Of a stretch of DNA of 64,000 nucleotides, positions 20,901 to 29,346 are shown in pieces; position 1 is the first letter of the stretch; every line of letters begins with the position of its first letter. Where the stretch lies: contig CAVOKF010000002.1 of assembly GCA_963696385.1 (NCBI GenBank), forward strand, positions 1 through 64,000. Direction: 5' to 3'. Made by a program: the position numbers and the translations under genes. This stretch comes from an uncultured delta proteobacterium. GTDB taxonomy: Bacteria; Myxococcota_A; Polyangia; Polyangiales; Polyangiaceae. A model generated the notes under the pieces. It had not been told where the DNA came from. It did no database searches and saw nothing but the letters and a program-made list of their open reading frames with translations.

Positions 20901-21295
20901 ACGCGGTCGAGCACGGGCGCGTTGCCCAACATCGCCGTGATCGTGATGAGCGCCACTTCGTTCCCGCTCTTGCCGGCGGCGATGGAGACCGTCCCGGGCA
21001 GCGTGCCCATCTGAACGGGGATGGAAACGTCGGTGAGGGTCCGAAACGTACCGGCTTCGCCTTGCTCTTCTTGGATGTCGACGGTGATCGAATCGAAGGC
21101 CGTCCCCTGCTTCATGTTCGTTTCGAGGATCAGCTCCAGACCGCCGGCCTGAAGGACCTTGCTCGAGCAGCCCGTCACCAGGGCGGCAAGGATCGCGACG
21201 CTCGCGAGTCGGTGCAGCACGCCGACGCACGGCCCGATGACGGTCGGACGGACGCTCGCGAAAGCCCCGACGACTGCACGCAGCACCCCAATCAT
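17948..21295 (-). CDS. Large Cys-rich repeat lipoprotein with C-terminal beta-propeller-like domain
   Basis: Lipobox LVTGC, many Cys repeats (GNCNGLASDGCE), C-terminal (V/I)YW(T/A) repeats; start uncertain. Confidence 0.8.
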   Translation of the reverse strand: MIGVLRAVVGAFASVRPTVIGPCVGVLHRLASVAILAALVTGCSSKVLQAGGLELILETNMKQGTAFDSITVDIQEEQGEAGTFRTLTDVSIPVQMGTLPGTVSIAAGKSGNEVALITITAMLGNAPVLDRVIEVQVPEDRVAELVVLLSSNCAGQLHTTCPDPQTESCQPASGTCGADSVNASTLPPYSPNDFEAGMPDATVEAGPAAPPDATAETGSEEAAPDGTAPGDASAEPDVVPIGPTCTPGGSCAFSSCQSGSYVCEDGGRVCSPIATELIEAGTACSQPDEAGVAVDAGTATFVCNAAGACVACNAGGDCSDPTLPCIRKAYACSSGVATCQTVGDAVEGSSCGTGVYCYGGVCSTCTVGAACAPATNPCHLGSVTACTAGVPTCTDQTTNAAAGKACETATVPSGVCDGAGNCVSCTPNALCTPTGNTCRSGTMSCSSGPDCVAGNAVNQGKPCGTGKVCSDGTCVACGAASCPDGCCNADGCVAAETTAECGLGGVACSTCPPPAMDGVAACVTATGTCAVTCNAGYHACSGACAANTSVNTCGASCTPCALANAASACTNGACAIATCNPGFGNCNGLASDGCETPLDTNTNCAGCNVACTQPNATATCATGVCAIATCDAGYHICSGACASSTSVNTCGASCTPCALSNATSACTNGACAIATCDPGFGNCNGLASDGCETPLDTNANCAGCNVACTQPNATATCATGVCAIAACDAGYHICSGACASSTSVNTCGTLCTPCALANATSACTDGACAVATCDPGFGNCNGLASDGCEANLLTSSTNCGACQHNCLGGECLDGECQPIAIVPATAQPTALTSDGTQVMWTNSAGAVQGVKVTGGTTWTLGSATNASPYITNDGTYTYWANNLACADPLLGSAAVLSALDTGGPATTQWSIENCGVPVTMQSVLATGANLYSVLFNPIVGECGATLYFQPLQMPSATPPPAFTTGPCVPKGLAADATNIYWTDLGTGAVMAEPLAGGTPTSLAAAVSPLGIGVAGGYVYWTDNVSDVLQRVATSLATTAQTLESTTAPGPLYVDGTNVYWIDSSGVERAPVAGGTVVTVGVGQTPVAIAGDATAVYWANQGTGAGNGSIQRLRKP
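18929..19699. repeat. 291-bp (97-aa) tandem repeat, ~2.6 near-identical copies
   Basis: tggtagcc anchors at 19101, 19392 and 19683. Confidence 0.9.
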
Positions 21296-21759
21296 GTCGA
21301 ATCCCGGTGATGGCCATGGACCGCGCGCCGGGTGCTTCGGCGCGTTGCCCGTCGGACGTCCGGTTCGGTCGCCGGCACATGGCCGTCGGGACCGCGAAAA
21401 CAAGACTGCCATCGCAAAGCGCTTTTCCCCGTGATGTTTTCCGTGGCGGACCAATCCCCCACTCCCGTCAGGAAAAGGACTCTGCCCGGCACCGCCGGAC
21501 GCGTCAAGGCGACGGGGGTCCCTCGAACGGGTGACTCCCCGCCGATGGGGATCGGAAAGCGCGTGCCCTTTTTGTGCCGAAGCCCTTGTGCGTGACGGCT
21601 CGCAGTGCTTCGCTAGCACGTTGTGGTTTGGGGTCGCGCCAACGAGCTGCCGGGGCTCGTTGCGCGCCCGTGGCTGGTGCTGGTGGTCACCTTCTCGCCG
21701 GGATGTTGGGGCAGCCCGCAGTCGACGGACTCCAAATCGGACTCTGAACCGGTGGCGTG

Positions 21760-22147
21760 GGCAAGGGTTTTCGCGCAGAGAGTTTTCTTTTTTTCGTTTC
21801 GGAGTGAGCTGGGTTCTTAGAATTCAATGGACGTTTCCCTTCTCGGCGCTTGAGGGCGCCGGAGCACGGTGACAGTAAGGGGAGCGCTCCGAACGCGCGG
21901 CTTGGCGAGCTACCTCTCGATTGACTCTTCACGTTCATCGGGCAGCGAAGTTCGCGTCCAAGGCCCGAGACGTAGATTTGGATTCGAAGCGGTGGAACGA
22001 GACGCAATTTTTCGCACGAAGTACAGTCACGTCTCCACCGGAGCGGAGATCGCAAGAGCTTCTACCAATTTGTCGCGTTCAACGTTCCTCCAGATGGGGT
22101 GCTCTTAGGCTACGCGCTCAAGGCGCATCGGAGACAGTCGTGACGAT
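21760..22147 (-). ncRNA. Candidate bridge/seek RNA region (3' noncoding end of the IS1111-type element)
   Basis: ~390-nt noncoding stretch between the stop codon and the IR, with hairpins (e.g. ctccgctccggtggag, cggcgccctcaagcgccg); position expected for the IS1111 group; boundaries unknown. Confidence 0.55.
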
Positions 22148-23299
22148 TCATGTCATGGCGACGTCCTCCGAAATCTTGTTGCGGCGAGGAGCCCGCCGTT
22201 GGAGTTTCTTGGCGGAGCGTTCGAGCGCCTCCGCATTCGCGTTTTTCGAACGAGCCTCTCTGCGAGTGCCCTTTGCGCTCGCCTTGGCCTGTCCCACCGG
22301 ATCGTAAGCGGTGCCGTCGCGCCACATCGCCCAGAGGACGCCGGCGAGTTTTCGTGCGATGGCGATGACGGCGATTCTCTTGCCTCGCGTCTTGGCGATG
22401 CGGTCGCCCCACTGGCGAATCGGGTCGTCCATGTCGCGTGACCTGAGGATGAGCCACGCCGCTTGGACGAGCATTTTTCTCGCATACGTGTTGCCCTGCT
22501 TGGTGATCGAGCCCAGGCGCCGCTTTTCAGGTCCGCCTGTCGTCAACTCCGACGGCACCAAACCAAGGTACGCTCCGACTGCCTGCGCATTGCGAAAGCG
22601 CTTCGCCTCGTCGATCACCGAAACGAAGGTGGACGCCACGATAAGGCCGACGCCAGGAGCGGTGGCGAGAAGTTTCGTGATGGGCTCACGCATCGCCATT
22701 TCCGAAAGCGTCCGTTCGACCTTGGTGAGCTCTTCTTCGACTCCGACGAGCACGGCAAGGAGCGGCGCGATGAGCGTGCTCGTCGCGTCGTCGAGCGAGC
22801 TCTCGCGAACCTTGTTCACAAAGTTCTCGGTTGTGCATGTGGGAAGGAGCACGCCTGCCGCGCGCCCGAGCCCGCGTATCGTCGTCACATACTGCGCACG
22901 TGTTTCGACCAGCGCGCCGCGCACGCTCAACTGCGCGCGCAGGGCTCGGCGGGCGGGAGACAGAATGTGCGCCTCGGGGATCCGTCCTTGGTCTACGGCA
23001 CGTGCGGCCGCCTCAGCATCGAGAGCATCGTTTTTGCGCTTGTGATGCGCGACGCCCATCGCACGCACCCGCGTCGTATCGATCATCTTCGCATCGTGCC
23101 CCCACGACGTGAGGGTATCGTGCACGTGCCATCCTTCACGCGACGCATCAAACGCAATCCGCGCAGGTGGACAGTCGGGGCCGATTCGCGACTTGAGTTG
23201 GTCCAGCCTCTTCACAGAGGTCCGATCGATGACCTCTCCGTTCCGTATCTCGCAATACGCAATGTGGCGCGCTCCAAGATCCAATCCTATGCTCCGCAT
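22148..23299 (-). CDS. IS110 family DEDD recombinase/transposase
   Basis: IGLDLG, KRKNDALDA, LLATAPGVG, YLGLVP...GSITKQGN...ARKLA. Confidence 0.95.
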   Translation of the reverse strand: MRSIGLDLGARHIAYCEIRNGEVIDRTSVKRLDQLKSRIGPDCPPARIAFDASREGWHVHDTLTSWGHDAKMIDTTRVRAMGVAHHKRKNDALDAEAAARAVDQGRIPEAHILSPARRALRAQLSVRGALVETRAQYVTTIRGLGRAAGVLLPTCTTENFVNKVRESSLDDATSTLIAPLLAVLVGVEEELTKVERTLSEMAMREPITKLLATAPGVGLIVASTFVSVIDEAKRFRNAQAVGAYLGLVPSELTTGGPEKRRLGSITKQGNTYARKMLVQAAWLILRSRDMDDPIRQWGDRIAKTRGKRIAVIAIARKLAGVLWAMWRDGTAYDPVGQAKASAKGTRREARSKNANAEALERSAKKLQRRAPRRNKISEDVAMT

Positions 23300-23702
23300 G
23301 ATCGATCTCCCTTCGGCCCCCACTTCGCTTTGTGCCTTTGAGCACGCGGGGGTGTCGGATGGATAATCCAGCGGGAGGTCGGTCGCTATTTTCGATGACC
23401 GACGACCGGCACGGGGGCTGCTCTCGAGACGCCCCGCGATCGATCTCGAGGCTGCGGCACCCGTGCCGGGCGGCGTGCCGGGCGGTCCAGGACGCGCCGC
23501 CACCGGTTCATCTAATCTTTCGCCGCTCGGTGACAACGAACGCCCCTAAGACGCGATATGTTTCCGCGGTGGCTTCCGCGGGCTCTTCGTCGACCGACGT
23601 GCTTTGGGCTTACTACTCGCCTCCGTTGTCTGCGGCGCGGCTTCCTGCCCCAGGGAGCGATAACGGGACCCTCTTGACGAAGAGCCGGCGTAGCAACGAG
23701 GC

Positions 23703-23990
23703 TATGACTATGGCAGCGGGGAAGGACAAGGCGGATTCGCTTGCAGCTGGGGACATTCACTTGCTTCAGGAGAGGCTGAAGGCCAAGGTGCTCGAGGAGT
23801 TCTACGCCTCGCTCCTGGACGGGGGCGATGAGGACGACGGACTTCCTCCAACGGAGCTTACGCTCGCGAAGCTGCCGGGTTTGCCTCACGTCAAGATCGT
23901 AATCAACAAGAACGAAGGGGTACACAAGGAGCCGCACTTTCACATCGTCATCAAAGATGTCAGCGAGGCCAGTATCGCGATTCGCGACCC
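23703..23990 (+). pseudogene. DUF4160-like protein truncated by an IS
   Basis: EGVHKEPHFHI motif; frame runs into the IS inverted repeat at 23989. Confidence 0.5.
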
Positions 23991-25132
23991 GTGGTGGCTA
24001 CTTCGGCGATCGGCTGGGATTCCCAGGGCTCGGCTATCTCTAGCGGACCATGTTTGCCGGCATGACCATGCTCGCCGCCGCCGTCGTCGGCTTGCTTCGG
24101 TCGCGACGGTCTTTGCTCGCTGAGGTCGCCTTGCTGCGCCACCAAGTCGCCATTCTGCAGCGGTCGGTCGCCAGGCCGAGGGTGACCCGACTCGACCGGA
24201 TCGTGTTGGTCGCGCTCGCGGCCTTGACGCCGACGTGGAGGAATGCGCTGCGCATCGTCCAGCCCGAGACGCTTCTTCGCTGGCATCGCGCCGGCTTCAG
24301 GGCCCTGTGGCGCTGGCGGAGCCGACCGCGCTCCGCAAAGCGCCTCCCCGCCGAGACCGGCGCGTTGATTCGCTCGATGGCGTCCAACAACTCGACGTGG
24401 GGGGCGGAAAGAATCCGCGGAGAATTGCTCAAGCTCGGGATCAAAGTCAGCAAACGCACGATCCAGAGGTACATACGCGCAGCCCGGCCGGGCAGACCGC
24501 ATGGGCAGCGCTGGTCCACGTTCTTGCGAAACCATGCCCGCGAAGTCTGGGCGTGCGACTTTCTGCAAGCCTACGACGTGTTCTTCCGCGCGATCTTTGT
24601 GTTCGTGTTCATCGAACTGGCCTCGCGCAGAATCGTGTTCGCGGCGACGACCCGTGCGCCGTCCCAGGCGTGGGTCACGCAGCAGCTCCGCAATGCAACG
24701 CCGTTTGGCGAGGCCCCGAAGTTTTTGATTCGCGATCGAGACGACAAGTTCGGGCCCAACTTCGACGCCGTCGCTCGCGCGAGCGGCATCCGCGTCCTCC
24801 GCACGGCCATGCGCGCGCCGAACATGAACGCCATCTGCGAGCGTTTTCTCGGGTCGCTGCGTCGCGAGTGTCTCGACCACGTTATTGTGCTGGACGACGT
24901 GCACCTGCAACGCGTCGTCACGGAGTACGTCCGCTACTACAACGCCGCTCGGCCGCACCAAGGGCTCCGCCAGCGGATCCCGGTGCCCCCGAACGGCTCC
25001 GCGGCCGCCGCTCGCACTACAGCGGAAGGAAAAGTCGTCGAACTCCCGGTGCTCGGCGGCCTGCACCACGACTATCGCCGGGCCGCCTGATCTCCGCGAT
25101 CGTCCGTTGGATCCTTCAAGTAGCCAGCACGG
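23989..25132 (+). mobile_element. IS with rve-type transposase
   Basis: Inverted repeats ccgtggtggctactt (23989-24003) / aagtagccagcacgg (25118-25132), 14/15 match. Confidence 0.75.
24050..25090 (+). CDS. Integrase-core (rve) DDE transposase
   Basis: WGAERIRGEL, WACDF, LIRDRDDKF, NAICERFLGSLRRECLD, LGGLHHDYRRAA. Confidence 0.9.
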   Translation: MFAGMTMLAAAVVGLLRSRRSLLAEVALLRHQVAILQRSVARPRVTRLDRIVLVALAALTPTWRNALRIVQPETLLRWHRAGFRALWRWRSRPRSAKRLPAETGALIRSMASNNSTWGAERIRGELLKLGIKVSKRTIQRYIRAARPGRPHGQRWSTFLRNHAREVWACDFLQAYDVFFRAIFVFVFIELASRRIVFAATTRAPSQAWVTQQLRNATPFGEAPKFLIRDRDDKFGPNFDAVARASGIRVLRTAMRAPNMNAICERFLGSLRRECLDHVIVLDDVHLQRVVTEYVRYYNAARPHQGLRQRIPVPPNGSAAAARTTAEGKVVELPVLGGLHHDYRRAA

Positions 25133-25424
25133 CTCCGACCCCTCATCGATGACTTCTTCGCGTGGGTCGAGCGACACCGCGCCCTTCTGGCCGCCACGCG
25201 CGGGCTGCTCGCTTCATCACCGATTTTGTCTCGAAGAACCGAACGCCTCCGACGAGGTCCCGCGGCGGTCGACGACAAAACCGACGTCTTGATCCGCGAG
25301 CTCGAAGCCCAGCATGGGGATGCGCGCCGATCGCTGCGTCGCCTGCCTCCTCGCCTGCCGCGCTACACCCCCCCGAGCAGGCCGCCGAGGTGCCGTTTTG
25401 CCCCGCCGTGATAGATTCTCGCGC

Positions 25425-25610
25425 ATGAACTCGAGGCGTCTCAACGGAAGCAATGGCACGACGCGCAAGGGCACCAAGGCGCCCAAGCGCCGGACAGGCC
25501 TCCCGACGAAGGCGCAGCAAGCCGCGCGTGCGAAGATCCTCGCTGAGGCTGGGTTCACGGCAACGCCAGAGGAGATCGAGGCGACCGAGCGAGAGCTGCG
25601 CCGCGGATGA
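25425..25610 (+). CDS. Putative antitoxin
   Basis: 61-aa ORF with ATGA overlap onto the PIN gene. Confidence 0.55.
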   Translation: MNSRRLNGSNGTTRKGTKAPKRRTGLPTKAQQAARAKILAEAGFTATPEEIEATERELRRG

Positions 25611-25984
25611 GCTTTAGCGGGATCACCGCCGACACCGGGTTCCTCGTTGGGGTTGAGCGATCCAAGCAGCGCGCGCTTCTTCCGTTGAAGGTCGCGATCG
25701 GACGAAAGCTCCGCATCTCGGTCCCTGTCGCCGTCGTGGCCGAGTGGTGGCGCGGAGGGCCTCGCCAGGCGCGGATTCTGAAGGCGTTCGAGGTGGAACC
25801 CATGACGGAGCGGATCGCCAGGAGCGCTGGCGAGGCGATCGCCGCGGTGCCTGGCGCGACCGTGGTCGACGCAATCGTCATGGCATCTGCCGCCGCACGC
25901 GGCGGGGTTGTCTACACGTCCGACTTCGACGACCTGAGCCGCCTTTGCGGCCACTTTCGCGAGGTTCGCGTCCTGAGCGTCTAG
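25607..25984 (+). CDS. PIN-domain (VapC-like) toxin
   Basis: ADTG...VVAEWW...VVDAIV...YTSDFDD acidic tetrad. Confidence 0.85.
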   Translation: MSFSGITADTGFLVGVERSKQRALLPLKVAIGRKLRISVPVAVVAEWWRGGPRQARILKAFEVEPMTERIARSAGEAIAAVPGATVVDAIVMASAAARGGVVYTSDFDDLSRLCGHFREVRVLSV

Positions 25985-25989
25985 CCGGT

Positions 25990-26215
25990 TCACCAAGGGA
26001 CAGTACGACCAAGGCGATCAAGATACTGCAGGCCAGGCGTTCCGAGCTTCGAGACCAGTACGTTTACGAGGCTCGGCACGCTCTCCTCAATGCTGAGAGG
26101 CGCGTATCCGGACCTCCTAAATCCGTACGGACCCAGCCCGGGGCCATCAGCACCATCGCACGCGGCGTCCCGTGTTGCCGGGCCGCGAAGCTCCGCATGG
26201 AGCTCCGACGGCACC
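25990..26215 (-). pseudogene. Short-chain dehydrogenase C-terminal fragment
   Basis: MAPGWVRTDLGG and YLDRLGRTVPW in different frames. Confidence 0.65.
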
Positions 26216-26333
26216 CCTTACGCGTACCATTTTTAGTACGTCCCGCAAGGTCCGTCGCGTGCCGAACGAGTTTTTGGCCACCGCCGGCTCTCGCGGCAAC
26301 CTCGACGGTACGCATGCGGCGTGCGGGCGCTCT

Positions 26334-26600
26334 TCAAGTCGCCAGCGGGGCCAACTTTTCGGGCTCGAGCCGGGAGATACCGAGAGGAGCGAGCACGGCA
26401 TTCAGCTGAGCGATCGTCACGATCGCCGGGGCTGTGATCTCGACCCCAATCGGTGTCGCCTCGGCATCAAAGTCGAGTCGCAAGCCATTCCCCTGGTTGG
26501 ACGTTCGAGCGACCTTTGCGCCGCGGGGCCGCGGCAAGTAGAGGTACGCGGCCAGTGGCTTTCCCTTTCGGAAAGTGACCTCGAGGTAGCGATGCTTCAT
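26334..26600 (-). CDS. DUF2283-like small protein (putative antitoxin)
   Basis: AAYLYL...GLRLDFDAEATPIGVEI. Confidence 0.7.
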   Translation of the reverse strand: MKHRYLEVTFRKGKPLAAYLYLPRPRGAKVARTSNQGNGLRLDFDAEATPIGVEITAPAIVTIAQLNAVLAPLGISRLEPEKLAPLAT

Positions 26601-26695
26601 AGGTTCACCGGATAGGCCGTCACGACCACCAGAAGATGATCCATTTCGTCGGGTTCGACAACGACCTCCAACGCTACGCCCTTGTGTCCGCATTC
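26597..26695 (-). pseudogene. DUF4258-like toxin C-terminal remnant
   Basis: Minus strand reads EVVVEPDEMDHLLVVVTAYPVNL* with ATGA overlap onto the DUF2283-like gene. Confidence 0.5.
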
Positions 26696-26991
26696 ACGGG
26701 CGCGGACTTCCGCTGCGGATCGCGCTGCCGGCCGTGACGCCACCCGCTTCGATCAGGTCGACAAGGTCGGCTAGGAGCCCGCGTACGCGAACCGCGTCGA
26801 TGTCGACCAAAGCAAGCGCGGCACGGGCGAGCGCAAGCGCGCGGAGACGATGGATCGAATCGTCTGGCGAATCGTCCGGGCGATCTGAGCGACTAGGATT
26901 CGCGGGGTTACGCACGGGGTCGAGCGCGACCTCGGAGAGCCCATCCGTGACGATCCGCTGCAAATCAGGCCGAATCGGTGATTTCGAGGGT

Positions 26992-27037
26992 GGCTCATAA
27001 CCCGAAGGTCGCAGGTTCAAATCCTGCCCGCGTAACT
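26992..27037 (+). other. 3' half of tRNA-fMet(CAT): att-site remnant
   Basis: GGCTCATAACCCGAAGGTCGCAGGTTCAAATCCTGCCC; no 5' half upstream; acceptor strand degenerate. Confidence 0.85.
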
Positions 27038-27042
27038 AATAA

Positions 27043-27055
27043 AATCAAGCACTTA
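27043..27055 (+). promoter_or_regulatory. IHF-consensus site beside the att remnant
   Basis: AATCAAGCACTTA matches WATCAANNNNTTR. Confidence 0.55.
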
Positions 27056-27185
27056 CGTTGCAGTCCCGAAGTGCTCGCCGGCGTCCGTTGACGCCACGTT
27101 GCCATGACCGTCGGCGATCGCGTCGTTCGTATCCCCTCGGCGGTTGCCGTGCTTGAAGGGGTGCGAATTTTCTGGCAGGCGCCGG

Positions 27186-28050
27186 CTAGCGTTGGGTGCT
27201 GGGAGAGTGGTGGCTGCCGGCGCGTTCGTCGAGCGCGCAACACCGTTTGAAGTTCTTGCCTGAGCCGCATGGGCAGGGCGCGTTGCGCCCCGGGGTGGTC
27301 GCTCGAGTTTCACCGCGGGAAGCCGCATGCGCGACAACGACCCGCCGGACTTCGTCGTGACGCCGGGTCAGCTCAACACTGTATTGAGCCCAGAGGGGAT
27401 CGAACAATTGCGCGGCCAACGGCGACGATGCCTTCGAATGAGGCTTGCCGGATTGCAGGTCGATCCGTAGCTGGCCCACCGGTCGGGTAGGGGCGGCGTT
27501 GAGGTCGTGGAGCTGAACGACGATCTCACGGCAGGAGCACGCCGCGTTGGGGCAGTGCTGATCGGTTGCCCAATACATGCGTCCGTGATGCCCGACAATC
27601 AGATCCCAATCGTGGGGAAACAGCCGGTCGTGCGGGATCATCGCACCGGGTTGAACGCGGTTGAGCGCGGCTCGGTACGAGCTGCGATCGCGTTGTGCGG
27701 CCCAGCGCAGCGCGCGTCGCCGAAACAGGTCGAGCTGAGATGCCAGGGCGGCGACGATCCACGGATGCTCGGCGAGGTAGCGCTCGGCGGCCGCGTCGCG
27801 TGGGTCGCACTGACCGGTCGTGAGCGACACGGCAGCGTGAACGCGTTGGAGCTCGACCATGGCGGGTCCCCCGTCGTGCCGCTCCAGGACGGAGCGATAC
27901 GAGGACCGGATCGCCGGCCGTAGCCACGTCGGCGGCCATTTCAACGCACACGCCCCGGCCGCAAGCCGGCATCGGCTCGTAGGGCGGGCGCTCGTGCAGG
28001 ACCAATGGGCCGCCGCCGTCGAGCACTCGGGCCGTCGAGTCGGTCGTCAT
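27186..28050 (-). pseudogene. SEC-C motif protein, frameshifted
   Basis: PGRNAPCPCGSGKNFKRCC, HCPNAACSC; N-terminus in another frame. Confidence 0.65.
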
Positions 28051-28114
28051 CCCGGCGACGGTGAATGGGTCGGCCGTGAGCGTCAAGTCCGAGCGAGAAG
28101 CCGCGAGCGTCGGA

Positions 28115-28330
28115 CTACGCCGCAGCGGCCGGAGCGGCACGCTCGGCCTGCAAGGCGGCATACGTCTCGGGCAAGAGTGCGGTGAGATCCTTTTCGCCGC
28201 CGAGGATCTTCGCGAGGGTTTCGCGCAGGTAGCGGCGCGGCTGGATGCCGAGCTTCTTGCAGGTGACGATCAGAGTGAGGGCGGCGGCGGCGCGGCCCGC
28301 GCTTTCGTCGTGGCCTACGAATAGCATGGG
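28115..28330 (-). pseudogene. IS66 transposase C-terminal fragment
   Basis: LFVGHDESAGRAA...LIVTCKKLGIQPRRYL...LLP. Confidence 0.8.
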
Positions 28331-28434
28331 GGCGCGCACCGCCGGTCGGCCTTGCGGGCCCGTCGAGAGCGACACCGGCGTGGATGTTCGCGATGCGCGG
28401 CCCTCGATGCACCCCGGCGGTGCAGTTAGGACCG

Positions 28435-28495
28435 ATGACGGAGCGAACCGCCATGAGACAAGTGAAGGAAGTTCTACGATTGCGTTTCGAGCGAA
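28435..28495 (+). pseudogene. IS21 istA N-terminal fragment
   Basis: ERTAMRQVKEVLRLRFE resembles the IstA start. Confidence 0.5.
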
Positions 28496-28572
28496 TCGAC
28501 AGATCGCCTCGGCCGTCGATGCCGTCCAGTCGACTGGCGAACGAGCCCCTCCGACGGTACTTTCTCCTCACC

Positions 28573-28800
28573 ATGGCAAACGCGGCTAGAGGCGTGCTCC
28601 GCGGAGTGACGATCACGCTCGACGCGCCAGTTCCTCCGCTTGAGGGGCTACGCGTGAGGCTCGTCATTGAGCCGGAAACAGAAAGTCACGAAAACGGAGA
28701 CCTGTCGCCTGCGGAGCACGCGGTTTTGCTCCGCGAGTGGGCGACGCGGGGGCCGCAGGGGCCGATCGACGACGACGAGGACTTTCCCGAGCCGCCGTGA
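28573..28800 (+). CDS. Putative antitoxin
   Basis: 75 aa, beta-rich N-terminus (GVTITLDAPV..EGLRVRLVI), acidic tail, GTGA overlap with the toxin gene. Confidence 0.65.
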   Translation: MANAARGVLRGVTITLDAPVPPLEGLRVRLVIEPETESHENGDLSPAEHAVLLREWATRGPQGPIDDDEDFPEPP

Positions 28801-29120
28801 TCGAACGGGGTGACATCCGCTGGTTCCGATTCGAGCGGCCCGACAAGCGACGGCCCGTGCTCGTGCTGGGCCGACGGGCAGCGGTACCGGTGGTCTCTCA
28901 AATCGTCGTCGTTCCACTCTCAACGAGTATCCGCGGGCTTCCCGGCGAAGTCGTGCTCGACGAACGTGACGGGCTCGCAGTGCGGTCGACTCTGAAGGTC
29001 GAGTGGATCCGTGCTGTCGAGCGGGCTTCGCTAGGTCCCAGAATTGCTGGGCTACAAGCCGATCGCTGGCCTGAGGTTAAGGATGCCGTGGTTCATGTGC
29101 TCGGGCTTGACGAGCCGTAA
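28797..29120 (+). CDS. PemK/MazF family endoribonuclease toxin
   Basis: RGDIRW...DKRRPVLVL...VVPLSTS. Confidence 0.9.
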   Translation: MIERGDIRWFRFERPDKRRPVLVLGRRAAVPVVSQIVVVPLSTSIRGLPGEVVLDERDGLAVRSTLKVEWIRAVERASLGPRIAGLQADRWPEVKDAVVHVLGLDEP

Positions 29121-29346
29121 TGCAAACCACCCTTCTGGGCGAAACCTTCGGGACTTTCGCCTGCGTTTTGTCCGTTGACCGGACGTTGCCATGCTGATCT
29201 CAAATCGCGTGATGTCGCGTGACGACCCCTGATGCTACGATGGCGACGAATCCCGCGTCTTTTCGTGGTGTTTTGAATGAATACCGATGTTTACGAAGCT
29301 AAACGAAATACATACGTTGGTACTTAGGGATTCGGGATCCGGCGCG

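Larger units (their letters stand above)
21742..23518 (-). mobile_element. IS110 family, IS1111-type insertion sequence
   Basis: Perfect 13-bp subterminal inverted repeats TGAACCGGTGGCG (21745-21757) / CGCCACCGGTTCA (23498-23510) flank the recombinase gene; no TSD. Confidence 0.85.

Noticed and set aside
25133..25200. IS66-like peptide LRPLIDDFFAWVE
   Set aside because: Plausible scrap but too short to annotate
26960..27040. Functional tRNA-Met gene
   Set aside because: No 5' acceptor strand or D-arm; 3' end degenerate
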